Shown piece by piece: positions 41,623 through 55,063 of a stretch of 64,000 nucleotides of DNA. The notes below the pieces were generated by a model. That model made no database searches and was not told the DNA's origin. It saw only the letters and a list, made by a program, of their open reading frames with translations. The stretch comes from Octopus vulgaris (taxonomy: Eukaryota). The stretch's first letter is position 1, and every line of letters begins with the position of its first letter. The stretch lies in assembly GCA_951406725.2 (NCBI GenBank), contig OX597818.1, positions 120,094,001-120,158,000 of the forward strand, in the 5' to 3' direction. Both the position numbers and the translations under genes were made by a program.

Positions 41623-42514
41623 GAATGTGTATAATATATGTAACATTCAGCAATTAAGAGCTGATAATGATGTGCTGAAACATCTGTAGCGATTTGTAAT
41701 AAAAACCTGTTCATTGCATCTTTTTACACATGTAAGTTCTTTCATTACTTTTAGTTTAATTATCATTAACTTAATTAAGTATGGGTTTGGGTGTTAATAA
41801 TACAGAATGTTATTGTGGCATTAGTGTAGCAGAATTGGTTTCAACAAAGTTCTCTCTATGAGATGCCTTAGATGGCGCTGGTCTGGTGCCTCGACATGCA
41901 AAAAACATTGATAAGACGCTTAAATGAAAATTACATGTGTTTCTATACAATTAACCCATAAGAAAGAGGGCAAAAATAACACACCCATTGTACATGTGTA
42001 TGTGTTTGTGTGTGTGTGTGTACACAATTGTGAACATGTGTATGTGAATGTTAGTTTTGTGTTTGAGTGTGTGTGTTCATTTTGATAATGGTGTGTTTTG
42101 CATTTAATGATGATGTGAAAATTTATGCAAATATATATATATATATACAAACCCAGACTCTATATACAAAATTCTTTGCAGTATTTCTACTGAGGTTTTA
42201 CATTCTGGGTTCAAATTCTGCCGTGTTCAACTTTACCTTCTCTCTGGGGTTAAAAAAATAAAGTACTTGTCTTGTACTGGGAGCCAGTGTAATCAACTGC
42301 CCCTCTTCATTCCCTAAAAATTATTGTCTAATCAGTGGTTCTCAGCAGGCCCCATATGACCCTTGGTAGTCCATGGTAGCATTTTAGGGGTTAATGAAAA
42401 AAATTTGCTTTAGATATATTTATTGCAAAATATAAGTAGGTCTACACAGTTCATGTTTCCAGTCACTGAAGAATGTTCTCTCAGACATTGCTATTGCAAA
42501 CTTTCAGAAATGGC

Positions 42515-42830
42515 GTGGGCATGGCTGGGTGGTAAGAAGCTTGCTTCCCAACCACATGGCTCCAGGTTCAGTCCCACTGCATGACACCTTGGGTGAGTGT
42601 CTTCTACTATAGCCTCAGGCTGACCAAGGCCTTGTGGGTGGATTTGGTAGATGGAAACTGAGACAAGTTCGTGTATATATACATGTATATGTGTGTGTGT
42701 GTGTGTCTGTGTTTGTTCCCCTTCCCATCTCTGCTTGGCAACTGGTGTTGGTCTGTTTACATACTCGTAACTTAGCAGTTTGGCAAAAGAGATCGATAAA
42801 ATAAGTACTAGACTTCCAGAGAATAAGTCT
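42515..42830 (+). mobile_element. SINE family A
   Basis: Head and body match. Confidence 0.8.
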
Positions 42831-45719
42831 AAGCATTCCGACCAGCGTGCTAACGATTCTGCCTGCTCACCACCCTCATCATCATAGTATAATGTCCTCC
42901 TTCCATGCTGGCATGGGTTGGATGGTGTGACAGGAGCTGGCCAGACAGAAGACTGCACCGTGCTTTCCTGTCTGTTTTTGGTATGGTTTTTACAGCTGGA
43001 TGCCCTTCACCAACCACTCCTCAGTGTAGACCTCAGTGCTTTTTATGTGGCACCAGCACATATGAGGTTAGTTTTGGCAAGGTTTTTCAGCTGGTTGCTC
43101 TTCCAAAGGCCAACCACTTTAAAGTGTGAACTGGATGCTTTTTTTTTTAAGCACACCTAATGAAAAATTACTTCAAATTTCTTTAAGCTGTGCAGCCCAC
43201 CTGATGGTGACTCATGTCTGATGCAGTTGTTTCTTGGAAAAGAATGCCCATGTCAGTTCTAAATAGTCATAAGGAATAGCAATTCCCTCTCAAATCACAA
43301 TCTAGTTTTGTTGTTGTTGTTGTTTTAAGGAAGGAAAGAAGATAGATGCCTTTGATCATGTCTACTGGATGAGGGTTTAAATAACAGCTTGAAATATGGA
43401 TGAAAGAAAGTGGGAGGAGATAATAAAAGAAGTGATGAGGGTTGTGGTAGGAGGTGTAGTTAGAATGGGAGTGAGTGAATGGGTGGGAGAGATAATTACA
43501 AGCCGTTATATAGGTGGGAGAGCCGTTAACACCTCTACCTATCACCCTTTTACTGTGCTGGCCAACTGGTAGGCTGGTTGGTAAGATATGAGGGAGGACA
43601 AGGCTGATTAGAGAGAGAAAGACCTTTAGGAAGAAGGAGGAGAGAGTTGATAGGGAGGAGGAGGAGAAAGAGGAGGATAAAAAAAGCAGAAGAGTTGATA
43701 TAGAAGAAAAAGTGTGAGAGGGAAATGTAAGAGGAAGATGTAAGAGAGAGAAGTGAGAAGGGAGAGGGAAATGGTGATAGTTGAAAGGAAGTGGTAGAAG
43801 GGTTATCAGGGCGAAAAAGTTGGTAAAAGTAATGAGGGGGGGAATACAAAATAGAACGGAGTTATTACAAGGGGGGTAGGTACTGAAAAGTAACCATGCA
43901 GAGCTAAGTTCAATTCCTCCTATCAGAAGACAAAAATCTATCTGTAAGGTGCAAGAGCAGATGTGTGGTAAGTAGCTTGCTTATCAACCACATGGTTCCA
44001 GGTTCAGTCCCACTGCATGGCACCTTGGGCAAGTGTCTTCTACTATAGCCTTGGGCTATCTATCAATGTACAGAGAGGTAGAAAAAAGATATACCGTTAG
44101 TTTTTTTTATGTATTGTACTTTAGAATCATCACAGCAGACTCTGTTGTGAGGATTCTAAAATACAACAAGCTGTAAGAGACTATGTTTGATTTTTGCAGA
44201 TAATAAAGATGCGTAGATTATGAATTTTGATTGAAGAGATGGGGCCTCGAAACGAAAAGTTGCAGGAGGCCTCTAAAAGTCATGGGATGGCCCTGTTTAC
44301 CCCTTGTCAAATTAAGAGTTTAACACTTAGGAAATGGCATTTGAGCATTATCCTCTTCCTCAGAAGTCATGGATCTTTGTTATATGGTGGACAGGGAGGA
44401 GGGAGGGATTGTTTTTTTTTTTTTGTTTTTTTTTTTTGTTATCATAAATCTTGTATAAATTTCTTATCTGAATCACAGGTGTCTGATCTAATTCCCAATT
44501 ACTTGAAAATGGCCCAGATTCGTTACCTCTTTTTTTGTTTTTTGTTTTTTGGAGTTGTTTAACTTCCTTCAGTGGATGACTCAGACATTCATTCTGAAGA
44601 ATGAATTCAGTTCCTATAGAAACTTACAAAAAAAAAATAACAATAACAATACAGGACCAAAACAAAAGACTTTTAAAAATGGTTCTTTTAAAAGGAAACA
44701 CAGAAGAGGAAAAGAAGAAAAAAGAAAGTATATATGAAAAACAACAACAAAAAAAATAAAGCAACACTTTCTGTTTGTATCATCATTATCATCCCCGTCA
44801 GTTTTATCACCATCACCATCACTGCCATCATCATCATCATCGTCTTTCACCTTCCTCATCAACATCATCATCATCATCTTTCACCTTCCTCATCATCATC
44901 ATCATCATCATTCACCTTTCTCATCATCATCATCATCATCATCATCACTATCACTGCCATCATTGTCGTGACCACCACCACCACCACCATCACCACCATC
45001 ATCATCATTGTCTTTCACCTTTATCATCATCATCACCTTCCTCATCACCATCATCAACATCACTATGATTTTTTTCCCCACCTTTTTGAATATATCTTTT
45101 AACATTTTTAACAACAAAATATTGATTATTTTACTGTGTGGCAGAAATTGCTTGGATGAGAGGGGATAGGGGTGAAACCCAGAAAAAAAATCAGTACAAC
45201 AATAACAATAGCAATAATTTCTTTTATTGCCACAAGGGCAACAGTAAAAAACATTACAAGACTATACTAATAATGAGAAAAATAAACAATAACAAAAAAA
45301 TTAATAAAAGAAAATTTAAGAAAAAAAAGCCAAAAAAAATTTTAATTTAAGAAAAAAGTCCTACATATTTCATTAAGTCATCAATTCTGCTAGTCTTTTA
45401 TTCCAATCAGTCAATTATTTATTTCATGTTTAGGAATAAAAAGAATTTAAAATCTGGAATATTTTAGTCGTTTATCAATCTAGTCTTTTCCTTTTTTTTT
45501 TACATTACTTTCCAGCTTGATTGTTTGTTTGTTTTGTTTATTTTCGTTTTGCTTTTATTTATAGAATAATTTTCCAGCCTTTATTTGAACCGGCATCCTA
45601 CATATTTGTATGCCTGCTCATTCTTTACAAGACATTTTAGCATTACCTTTAGATGACTAAATAGCTGATTCAGTTTTAGAAGTACCATGAAAAGCCGTTA
45701 GTTCTAGCTCTTTCCTCTT

Positions 45720-46090
45720 TTACTCTTTTACTTGTTTCAGTCATTTGATTGTGGCCATGCTGGAGCACCACCTTTTTTAGTCGAGCAAATCAACCCCAGG
45801 ACTTATTTTTTGTAAGCCTAGTACTTATTTTAGCGGTCTCTTTTTACCGAGCCACTAAGTTACGGGGACATAAACACACCAGCATCAGTTGTCAAGCGAT
45901 GTTGGGAGGACAAACACAGACACACATAGATACATATATATATATACATATATACAATGGGCTTCTTTCAGTTTCCGTCTACCAAATCCACTCACAAGGC
46001 TTTGGTCAGCCCGAGACTAGAGTAGAAGACACTTGCTCAAGGTACTACGCAGTGGGACTGAACCCAGGACCATGTAGTTCGTAAGCAAGC
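45720..46090 (-). mobile_element. SINE family A (minus)
   Basis: Reverse complement of 6135-6576. Confidence 0.85.
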
Positions 46091-46809
46091 CTATGCCTAG
46101 GAGTGGGCTGTTAATTATTCGCTTCATGCTACTCTTCGTTGTAATCCTTGAACATTTAGATATTTCCCCTCCAACTATCAGGACATTTGTCCTCCAGCAG
46201 TCTAGCTGTCTGTCTGCGGGCTGTTTAACCATCAACACTTCAGTTATTTAGCCATTTACCATTTAATTCTTTAAAACCATAAGCACTTATACAGGCCAAA
46301 ATCCGGTGAAAACTTTCTAGTTTATGTTCAGACTGGTTACATCCAACCTCTCATATCAAAGCTACACTGTCCTAAAACTAAATAATCACATCATTGAAAT
46401 CCTGAAGCTTTGAGACACTGCATGAATAAATAAACACACAACAATGTGAATAGATAAGCATTGCATTTGACAGAATAATCTGAATGGAAAAGGGATAAAC
46501 GTCTGTCCTGGTCCCACAGATATCAATATATATTCATCCTTCATTTGTCTAGACATTAATCTACCTACTACATAACATCAGTCTACTTACATCTGTCTTA
46601 ATATCAGCCCTCTTCCAGCTAATTCTAAATCAACCTTCCAGCTGTGAAAGTATACAGGAGATTTCAGCAATTGAAAGCAGTTTTCTAGATACAACCAACA
46701 AGACAACAACCAAAGTATATCAGAGAATAAAGCAAGAGTTTGCAACCATCATCAACGTAGGCCCTGTGTGTCAGAATAAACTCTGGAACAAACAAGAGAG
46801 GCTTCGCTG

Positions 46810-47248
46810 ATGTGGCCGATGACAGCACCGCCTGACTGGCGCCCGTGCCAGTGGAACATTAAAAGCACCATCCGAATGTGATTGTTGCCAGGACTGCTGA
46901 CTGGCTCCCATGCTGGTGGCACATAAATAGCACCATTCGAGCATGTTCGTTACCAGTGTTGCTTTACTAGCACTTGTGCGGGGTTGTTGCCAGTGCCACT
47001 GGACTGGCTCCTGTGCAGGTGGCACATTAAAAACACCATTTGAGCGTGACCATCGCCAGTACTGCCTGACTGGCCCTTGTGCCAGTGGCACATAAAAACA
47101 CCCACTACACTCTCAGAGTGGTTGGCATTAGGAAGGGCAGCTGTAGAAACTTTGCCAAATCAAGATTGGAGCCTGGTGCAGCCATCTGGTTCACCAGTCC
47201 TCATTCAAATCATCCAACCCATACTAGCATGGAAAGCAGACATTAAAC

Positions 47249-47280
<32 letters not shown>
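46810..47280 (+). mobile_element. RTE 3' UTR copy with ~5 diverged subrepeats
   Basis: Repeated gtgcc(a/t)gtggcaca..aaaa(g)cacc units plus conserved tail and (gat)n. Confidence 0.85.
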
Positions 47281-47281
<1 letters not shown>

Positions 47282-48515
47282 ATGATAATAACAATAATGA
47301 ATTCCAAGGAGCACTATTTGTTGACACTGCATATTGGGGTGAATTAGGTTACTGATTTATGAGAGATTAAATGGAAAAAAAAAAACTCAAAAAAAAAACC
47401 TTAAAATTAACTCAAAGAAAAAAAATGGGCAAATTGGATCAGTAAGATATACTTATTCAAAAAATATACCAATACAAGATAAATGCGTTAGGTTTGCAAA
47501 TCAAAACCCATTAGTATGCATTAAAGTTTGAAATGAAATATATCATATGAGATGTTTAGAAAGGGAATGTAAGAATATTGTCACGACTTATAAAGGAGAA
47601 ACTTCATGTAGCAAAGGTGAAAGAATACACAGGTGTGAAAACAATGACATTAAATGAACATCAGTACTCTACTAACATGCTAAAGATGAATATGACAGCC
47701 ATATCAAGATACAAATCTTTTAAACACATATATGTAATCCAACACTTTGGTAGCTTACAGAGGCAATGCACATACTAAAGGCAGATTCCAAGCCTTCCTG
47801 CCCTCGAGAGAAAGTATAATTGGGAAAAAAATATTATTGTGGTCACCACTACCTTTATTAAACCTCAGGCATAAATATCTTCAGCACCACAACCTCCAAG
47901 AGGTTAACAATGATATGAAGATAACATAATCTATATTTCTGGTATTACAATATCAGATGATTAACATATTGTACATACATAAGAGCACATACGTATGAAT
48001 GTATGTATGAATACAAATGTGCAAGCATAAATATATGCATATATGTGGATATATGTGCATGACTGCATTTGTGTGTGTATGTGTGTGTGTGTGTGTGTGC
48101 ACATATGAAGATAAGTAAAGACAAGTATTTGTGAGAAGCAGACATCAATCCAATTAGTGCTAAAAGTTAACACACATGACTGGATAAAAATAAATGTAAG
48201 AGAATAAATGACAATCCACACACTGTTTGATAGAACAAAGAATTACAGCAACAACAGTAACAAAAACAGAAGCATACACAGACACACACATATATATACA
48301 TACGATGGGCTTCTTTCAGTTTCCATCTACCAAATTCACTCATAAGGCTTTGGCGAGCCTAAGTCTATAGTAGAAGACACTCAGCGAAGGTGTCACGCAG
48401 TGGGACTGAACCCAGAGCTATGTGATTAATGAGTGTATGTGTGTAAGTATACATGTATATACATATACATATACATGTATATATAAATACATATATATAC
48501 ACACGCACACACACA

Positions 48516-48571
<56 letters not shown>

Positions 48572-48601
48572 GAGTAAACACATAAATGTGAAACAAGGTG
48601 G

Positions 48602-48649
48602 AAAAACTGTCTGATGAACGGCAACGAGAAACTCAGAGTAACAGATTTT
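48602..48649 (+). ncRNA. Minimal type I hammerhead ribozyme, intact core
   Basis: AAAAACUGU CUGAUGA A CG GCAA CG A GAAA CU CAG AG UA ACAGAUUUU; predicted GUA cleavage after 48640. Confidence 0.75.
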
Positions 48650-48686
48650 GTTGAATTTTTTGCTGCTTAAAATAAAGTATATATAT

Positions 48687-49332
48687 AAGCTAATTTAATC
48701 ATTAATGACACAGAAACGATGCATCGTCTAAAAGATGAATTAGGGTAAATGTTTTTAAATTTTCACCTAATTTCTGAATTACTACTACTTGGCGGTGTGA
48801 GTTATGGCTGCTCTTTCTGGTGGACGAATGGCCTGTTAAGGTCACTCCTAAATTGTTATATTTATATATTTAGTTGTTGACTATTTTCTCTTTTCCACTA
48901 GGCCGCTGGTAGCGATAAATTTCTATTGAATTTTTTTGCTACCCTAAATTGACTAATTGATAATTTTCTGAATAATTCTGAGATTGAATCGGCAGTTTAT
49001 ATTTACTGCTGATAAGTTTGGCGCGAATACGTCAGTCTTGAAAATTTTAAGACAGATATTCCAGAGGCATCGATACAGACGCCTCATGTATATTTGTCTC
49101 TCCCAGGTTTTTTACTGATGAAGTGTAACCTATGGTAGATTAGCTTAATTTAATTTAATTAAGCTAATTTAATCATTAATGACACAGAAACGATGCATCG
49201 TCTAAAAGATGAATTAGGGTAAATGTTTTTAAATTTTCACCTAATTTCTGAATTACTACTACTTGGCGGTGTGAGTTATGGCTGCTCTTTCTGGTGGACG
49301 AATGGCCTGTTAAGGTCACTCCTAAATTGTTA

Positions 49333-49343
<11 letters not shown>
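48687..49343 (+). mobile_element. Greater-than-unit-length (1.39x) copy of a 474-nt HHR-containing unit (retrozyme/Penelope-type)
   Basis: Identical 183-bp direct repeats at 48687-48869 and 49161-49343 (period 474); complete HHR at 49108-49209 and its 3' half in the first repeat; (TA)n flanks. Confidence 0.75.
49108..49209 (+). ncRNA. Type I hammerhead ribozyme, canonical core, GUC cleavage site
   Basis: UUUUUUA CUGAUGA A GUGU-[long hairpin incl. agauuagcuuaauu/aauuaagcuaauuu]-ACAC A GAAA CGAUGCAUCG UC UAAAAGA; 12-nt palindrome ACGAUGCAUCGU forms stem III; cleavage predicted after 49202. Confidence 0.85.
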
Positions 49344-49376
<33 letters not shown>

Positions 49377-49399
49377 ACCTCGTGTGTACGGTTGTTGAT

Positions 49400-49572
49400 T
49401 GTTTTTTCCTCTGTCTTCCCTTCTCTGGATCTTTCCTACTCCTATGTTTCCGACGAAGAGCTCCGCTCGAAACATTAAACCCTCCTTCTTTCCTGAGCAT
49501 CCAATAATACTATATTTGTTCCACGTCCTCGCGTTGTTGTGTTTTTTTGTGCTTTCTTGTTTGAATTAACTA
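49400..49572 (+). mobile_element. Penelope-like terminal repeat fragment with HHR-like motif (49446-49480)
   Basis: GUUU CCGACGA A GAG CUCCG CUC GAAA CA UU AAAC; reverse complement of 55786-55950. Confidence 0.65.
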
Positions 49573-50137
49573 TTTATATAAATACATGTATGTGTGAGTA
49601 TATATATATATGTTCATTTATATATGAATATATATATACACACATATATACATATATATATACACACACATGCAAACACGCAAGCGTATATGCTCCACAT
49701 GAAGAAGTGAGTGGGTGTAATGAAATACTAAGATCAAAGTAGTGACTGCAGCACCAAACACATAAGCACTCACCATCACAAAAACACACATAGAAGCGAC
49801 AACTCCCCAATTAAAAATCATAGACACAGAAACACACACAAAGATGCACACGACGCATACATTTCAAGACTATGAAACAGAGAACTTGATCAAAATCCAC
49901 CATTAGCCAGCCAGACATGAACACACAGCTAGGGAGTGAGCATTGTCATTAGCTGCGAAGGAAGAACTTTGACAAATCAATTGATTAATTAATTAATTAT
50001 GAAATTAATTAACAAAAAAATCTGAAATGAATTGCAAACAGTGGGTGGGTATTTTCTTTTCTTTGCAGTATGTCTCTCCCAGACTACATTATCTGTTTCA
50101 ACACATGGTTTTCCTTAAAAGAAACTTGCAATATATA

Positions 50138-50221
<84 letters not shown>

Positions 50222-50279
50222 GTAATAATAATAATAATAATAATATATATATATATGCATGTATATATATATATGCATG

Positions 50280-50313
<34 letters not shown>

Positions 50314-50794
50314 ACACACAAAAATGCATATATGGGTACAGAATCTCAAAAACAGTAAACAACATGAAATACGTAAACAAATGAGTAATATACGCAAACA
50401 ATGACAGTATCAAAATGGAAAACTGGACAAGTAACACAAAGAACGACCCTTCATCAGTTGTCTCCTGCCAATCTACTCCTCATTTCAAGCATTCTTTTAT
50501 TCTTTAATGTTTTCCAGTCATTTGACTGCGGCCATGCTGGAGCACCGCCTTTAGTCGAGCAATTGACCCCAGGACTTATTCTTTGTAAGCCTTGTACTTA
50601 TTCTATTGGTCTCTTATGCCGAACTGCTAAGTTCCAAGGGCATGAACAGACCAACATCCATCCGTCCGTCCGTCTGTCTGTCTATCTATCTATCTATCTA
50701 TGCATCTATCTATCCATGCATCTATCTATCTATCCATCTCTCTCTTTCTCTCCATCCATCCATCCATCTATCTATTCATGTTTGTGTATGTGTG

Positions 50795-50835
<41 letters not shown>

Positions 50836-50944
50836 AGCAAACAACTAACACACATATGCACTTACATCTACTAACCTGCAAGAAAATAGGAGTTTGGTGC
50901 ATATATACTCAAATACACACACACACATGCATGCACACACACAT

Positions 50945-50983
<39 letters not shown>

Positions 50984-51625
50984 CAACAGGCTTGAGTTTG
51001 TTGTTGACATTTAGAAATAAAATCAGTTTTTTGACATTTCTCAACCAATTCCAAAGAACACTTGAGATTGAAGTGGCACAATGATGTTGTCATTAAGTGA
51101 TACTTTCTCAAAACTATCTCTACTGAATACAACTGACCTTTATTAGAAATTCTTCAGCTGGTCTGGCCATTTATGTCTTTTCAACATTTCAACACTGCAA
51201 CATGTTATAAGTGTTCCATACAAACACCTACACACCTATATATACATATATATATATATATAGCTTGGTACCATAGGTTTCATGTGAATATATTCACAAT
51301 TATCCAATTGGGGTTTCGCTAATGGATAACAATCCTGCCGTCTTCATAGAAACCTATAGCATTAGACTATTGAATTCTATTTGGAAAAAAAAAATATCTA
51401 TCAATCAGTGTGGTGTTCAGAACTCATTCTTCTACTTTGTCACTATTATGTGTGTGGTTGTGTGCGTATGTGTATGTGTGCATGTACACATATACACATA
51501 CACGCACAAATATACATGCACAAACACACACACACACATGTATATAATATGCACATATATATGCACACACACATGTATACAATACATACATATATGTCTT
51601 TATGAACATACATTTGCGTGTGTGA

Positions 51626-51718
<93 letters not shown>

Positions 51719-51829
51719 CAGACATACACACATACATATATTGGTGTATGTATTACATGTATATCTATATACATACATACACACATAGATACATTAGTGT
51801 GTGTGTGTTTGTATTTGTATATATATATG

Positions 51830-51868
<39 letters not shown>

Positions 51869-52465
51869 TACATGTATGTCTTTATATATAAACATATAGT
51901 TACACACATGTGTGTGTTTACATATGTATTTTTTTTACATATACATATTTAAACATACAATCATTTACAAACCACATGTGATGTTTAGACAAGTGTATAC
52001 ACAAATACTCAAACACATAAACAAAACACACATGCTCATTTAGTTATTGTTAATGAATCTTTTGGGTGTTAATTAATTTAATTTCTCAAAAACAAATTTT
52101 TCCTTACATCAATCTGTGACATCTCATGCATGTATGTATGTGTGTATGTATGTATGTATTTATGTATGTATGGATGTATGAATGTATGTATATATGTATG
52201 CATGTATGTATGCCTGTATGCATGCATATATGTATGTATACATGCATGTATGTACATGTGTGTATGTGTGTATGCGTATGTATATGTGTGTGTGTATTTA
52301 TATATATATATACATATATATACTGTTTATTGACTTGCCTAACTTGCTTATCCTTACATTTGCTCCTCTACCAGCGCAAGTTTAAATCTCTTAAGCACTA
52401 TGAAGTGTATTCTATACAGAGAATATCTGTCTTTCATCTATATACTATGTATATATATATATATA

Positions 52466-52790
52466 CTGCCAGTGGCATGTAAAAGGCACCATTCAAGCAT
52501 AGTCGATGCCACTGCAGCCTGACTGGTCCTGTGCCAGTGGTACGTGATTAGCACCATTCTTGTGTGGTCATTGTCAGTGCCACCTGCCTGGCTCCTGTGC
52601 CAGTGGTACATAAAAAGCACCCACTACACTCTTAGAATGATTGGTGTTAGGAAGGGCGTCCAGCTGTAGAAACTTTGCCAGATCAGATTGGAGATTGGTG
52701 CAGCCTTCTGGCTTGCGAGCCCTCAGTCAAACCGTCCAAACCATGTCAGCATGGAAAGTGAACATTAAACGACAACAATGATGATGATGA
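52466..52790 (+). mobile_element. RTE 3' UTR copy
   Basis: Subrepeats plus conserved tail. Confidence 0.8.
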
Positions 52791-53319
52791 TATGTATAAA
52801 CACACACACACACACACACTCACACACATACACACACACACATACACACGCACATATGACTAACACTTGGAAATAGCACTGAAACGATGGTTTTTACAAT
52901 GACGTGACTGATATATCGGTTAGAAGGAGAAAATAAAAAATAATAATAAAATCAACAAACATGAAGATAACAGCCAGAAAACAGATGCTGCATTGATAAA
53001 AAAAAAAATTAAAATTAAAATTAAAATATCAACAAATTTCTAGGCCAAAATAGCCCCAACCCACAAAAATCTCAAGTTGAAACATTTTAAAAATCATTTC
53101 TTGTTTGTATTATTTAGAAACTTTATCGCACCACAGTCAATTTACACCATGGAATCATATTTAAATAATTTGTCAGACCCTACAATATGCTATAAAAAAA
53201 TTGACAATAATATTTACATATATATATATATATGTATATATGTCTGTGTGTATGTATGTGTAGATATGTGTGTGCATGTGTATATATATATTTTTATATA
53301 TATTATATATGTTTATTTC

Positions 53320-53750
53320 TTTATTGCCCACAGGGGACTAAATATAGAGAGGACAAACAAGGACCGACAAAATGATACGGTTGATTACATCGACTGCAGT
53401 GTGTAATTGGTACTTACTTAATTGACCCCGAATGGATGCAGGGCAAAGCTGACCTCGGTGGAATTTGAACTCAGAACGTAACAGTAGATGAAATACCGCT
53501 AAGCATTTCACCTGGCGTGCTAACGATTCTGCCAACTCACTACTCTAAATATTATATATATTTATTTCTTTATTGCCTACAGGTGGTGGGAGCTAAACAT
53601 AGAGGGAACAAACAAGGACAGAGAAAGGGATTAGGTCGATTACATCAACCATAGTGTGTAACTGGTACTTATCTAATCGACCCCGAAAGGATGAAAAGCA
53701 AAGTTAACCTCGGCAGAGTTTGAACTCAGAACGTAATGACAGATGAAATA
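53320..53750 (-). mobile_element. Two SINE family B-related units (minus)
   Basis: Match to 24340-24575. Confidence 0.75.
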
Positions 53751-54008
53751 CAGGCTGCAGCAGAAAGATCGCCCCGATTTCAAAGGTTAATAAAAAAGAA
53801 ACACATGAAGATGCATGAAAAATGTTTGTATTTCTATGAAGTTCATTAAATACCATTTTTTTTTTCTGTTTCAGGTATTACCCACCATGGCCTGGAGTGG
53901 AGAGCATCATACATTTGTTGTTGAAGAGTTTGTTTTGTTTTTGTATCTTCATGTGTTTGTTTTTTTTATGAACCTTTGAAACTGGGGCAACCTTTCTGTC
54001 ACACCTTG
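53751..54008 (+). mobile_element. Tc1/mariner-type non-autonomous element (258 bp)
   Basis: TA on both sides; ~65-bp imperfect TIRs (cagg..cagaaag..gcccc..tttcaaaggtt.ataaaaaa.aaacacatgaagat); internal 53887-53931 reads MAWSGEHHTFVVEEF, resembling a mariner transposase N-terminus. Confidence 0.75.
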
Positions 54009-54014
54009 TATATT

Positions 54015-54570
54015 AGTCGTAAAAACCATGCCAAAGTAGACAATGGAACTTGGTACAATACTCTGGCTTACCAGCTCTTGTCAAACCCTCCAACCCATGC
54101 AAGCCTTGAAGATGGACGTGGCCGGTGCCAGTACCCCCTGACTGGCCCTTGTGCTGGTGGCACATAAAAAGCACTATCTGAACATGATCGATGCCAAGCC
54201 CGCCTGACTGGCTCCTGTGCTAGCGGCACGTAAAAAGCACCCACTACACTCTCAGAGTGGTTGGCATTACAAAGGGCAACCAGCTGTAGAAACATTGTCA
54301 GATCAGATTGGAGCCCGGTGCAGCTTTTGGCTCTCCAGACCCCAGTCAAACCGTCAAACCCATGCCAGCATGGAAAATGGATGTTAAACAATGATGATGA
54401 TGTATAGCCTTTCAGTTCATCATCATCATTTAACATTTGTAGATTGTAGTGGGTGCTTTTTACATGTCATTGGTACAAGGGCTAGTCAGGGGGCACTGGC
54501 AACGACCACACTCGAATAGTGCTTTTTATGTGCCACCAGTATGGGAGCCAGTCAGGTGGCACTGGCAACA
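54015..54570. mobile_element. RTE 3' UTR copies: plus (54015-54400) abutting minus (54420-54570)
   Basis: Conserved tail and subrepeats in both orientations. Confidence 0.75.
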
Positions 54571-54878
54571 ACCATATATATATATATATATATATATAGA
54601 TTCTGTTGGTTTCTTTTACCAAACTATTAAGTTATGGGGTTGTCAAGAAACCAATACTGGCTATGAAGCTGTGGCGGGGGATAAACACAGAAACACAAAC
54701 ACACACACGCACACATGATGAGCTTCTTTCAGTTTCTATCAACCAAATTCACTCACAAGACTTTCGTTGGCCCAGAGCTATAGCAGCAAACACTAGCCGA
54801 AGATGCTACAAAGTGGAACTGAACCCAAGACCACATCATCCAGAAGCATGGTCGGAACCCACAACTGTGTTTGTGTGT

Positions 54879-54910
<32 letters not shown>

Positions 54911-55063
54911 TTGTGTGTGTCTGTGTTTGTGTGTGTCTATGTTTGTCTACACCAGCAATAAAGAAAAAAAATGTAATTTAAACTACTTCCTTTTGTGACC
55001 ACACCTCAGCAGGCTGTAAGTCACAAAGTGGAAGACAGACATATTATCAGCTTTAATAGTTTA

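Noticed and set aside
44228-44268. UUGAAGA..GAAAC..GUU hammerhead-like string (similar weak cases at 6755-6800, 40196-40265, 51300-51355)
   Set aside because: Stems I/II too weak or core incomplete; could be chance or heavily decayed.
46820-47110. Repeat-spacer appearance resembling a CRISPR array (also 27895-28200, 36176-36330)
   Set aside because: The 'spacers' are homologous to one another, the array is part of an RTE 3' UTR, the context is eukaryotic and there are no cas genes.
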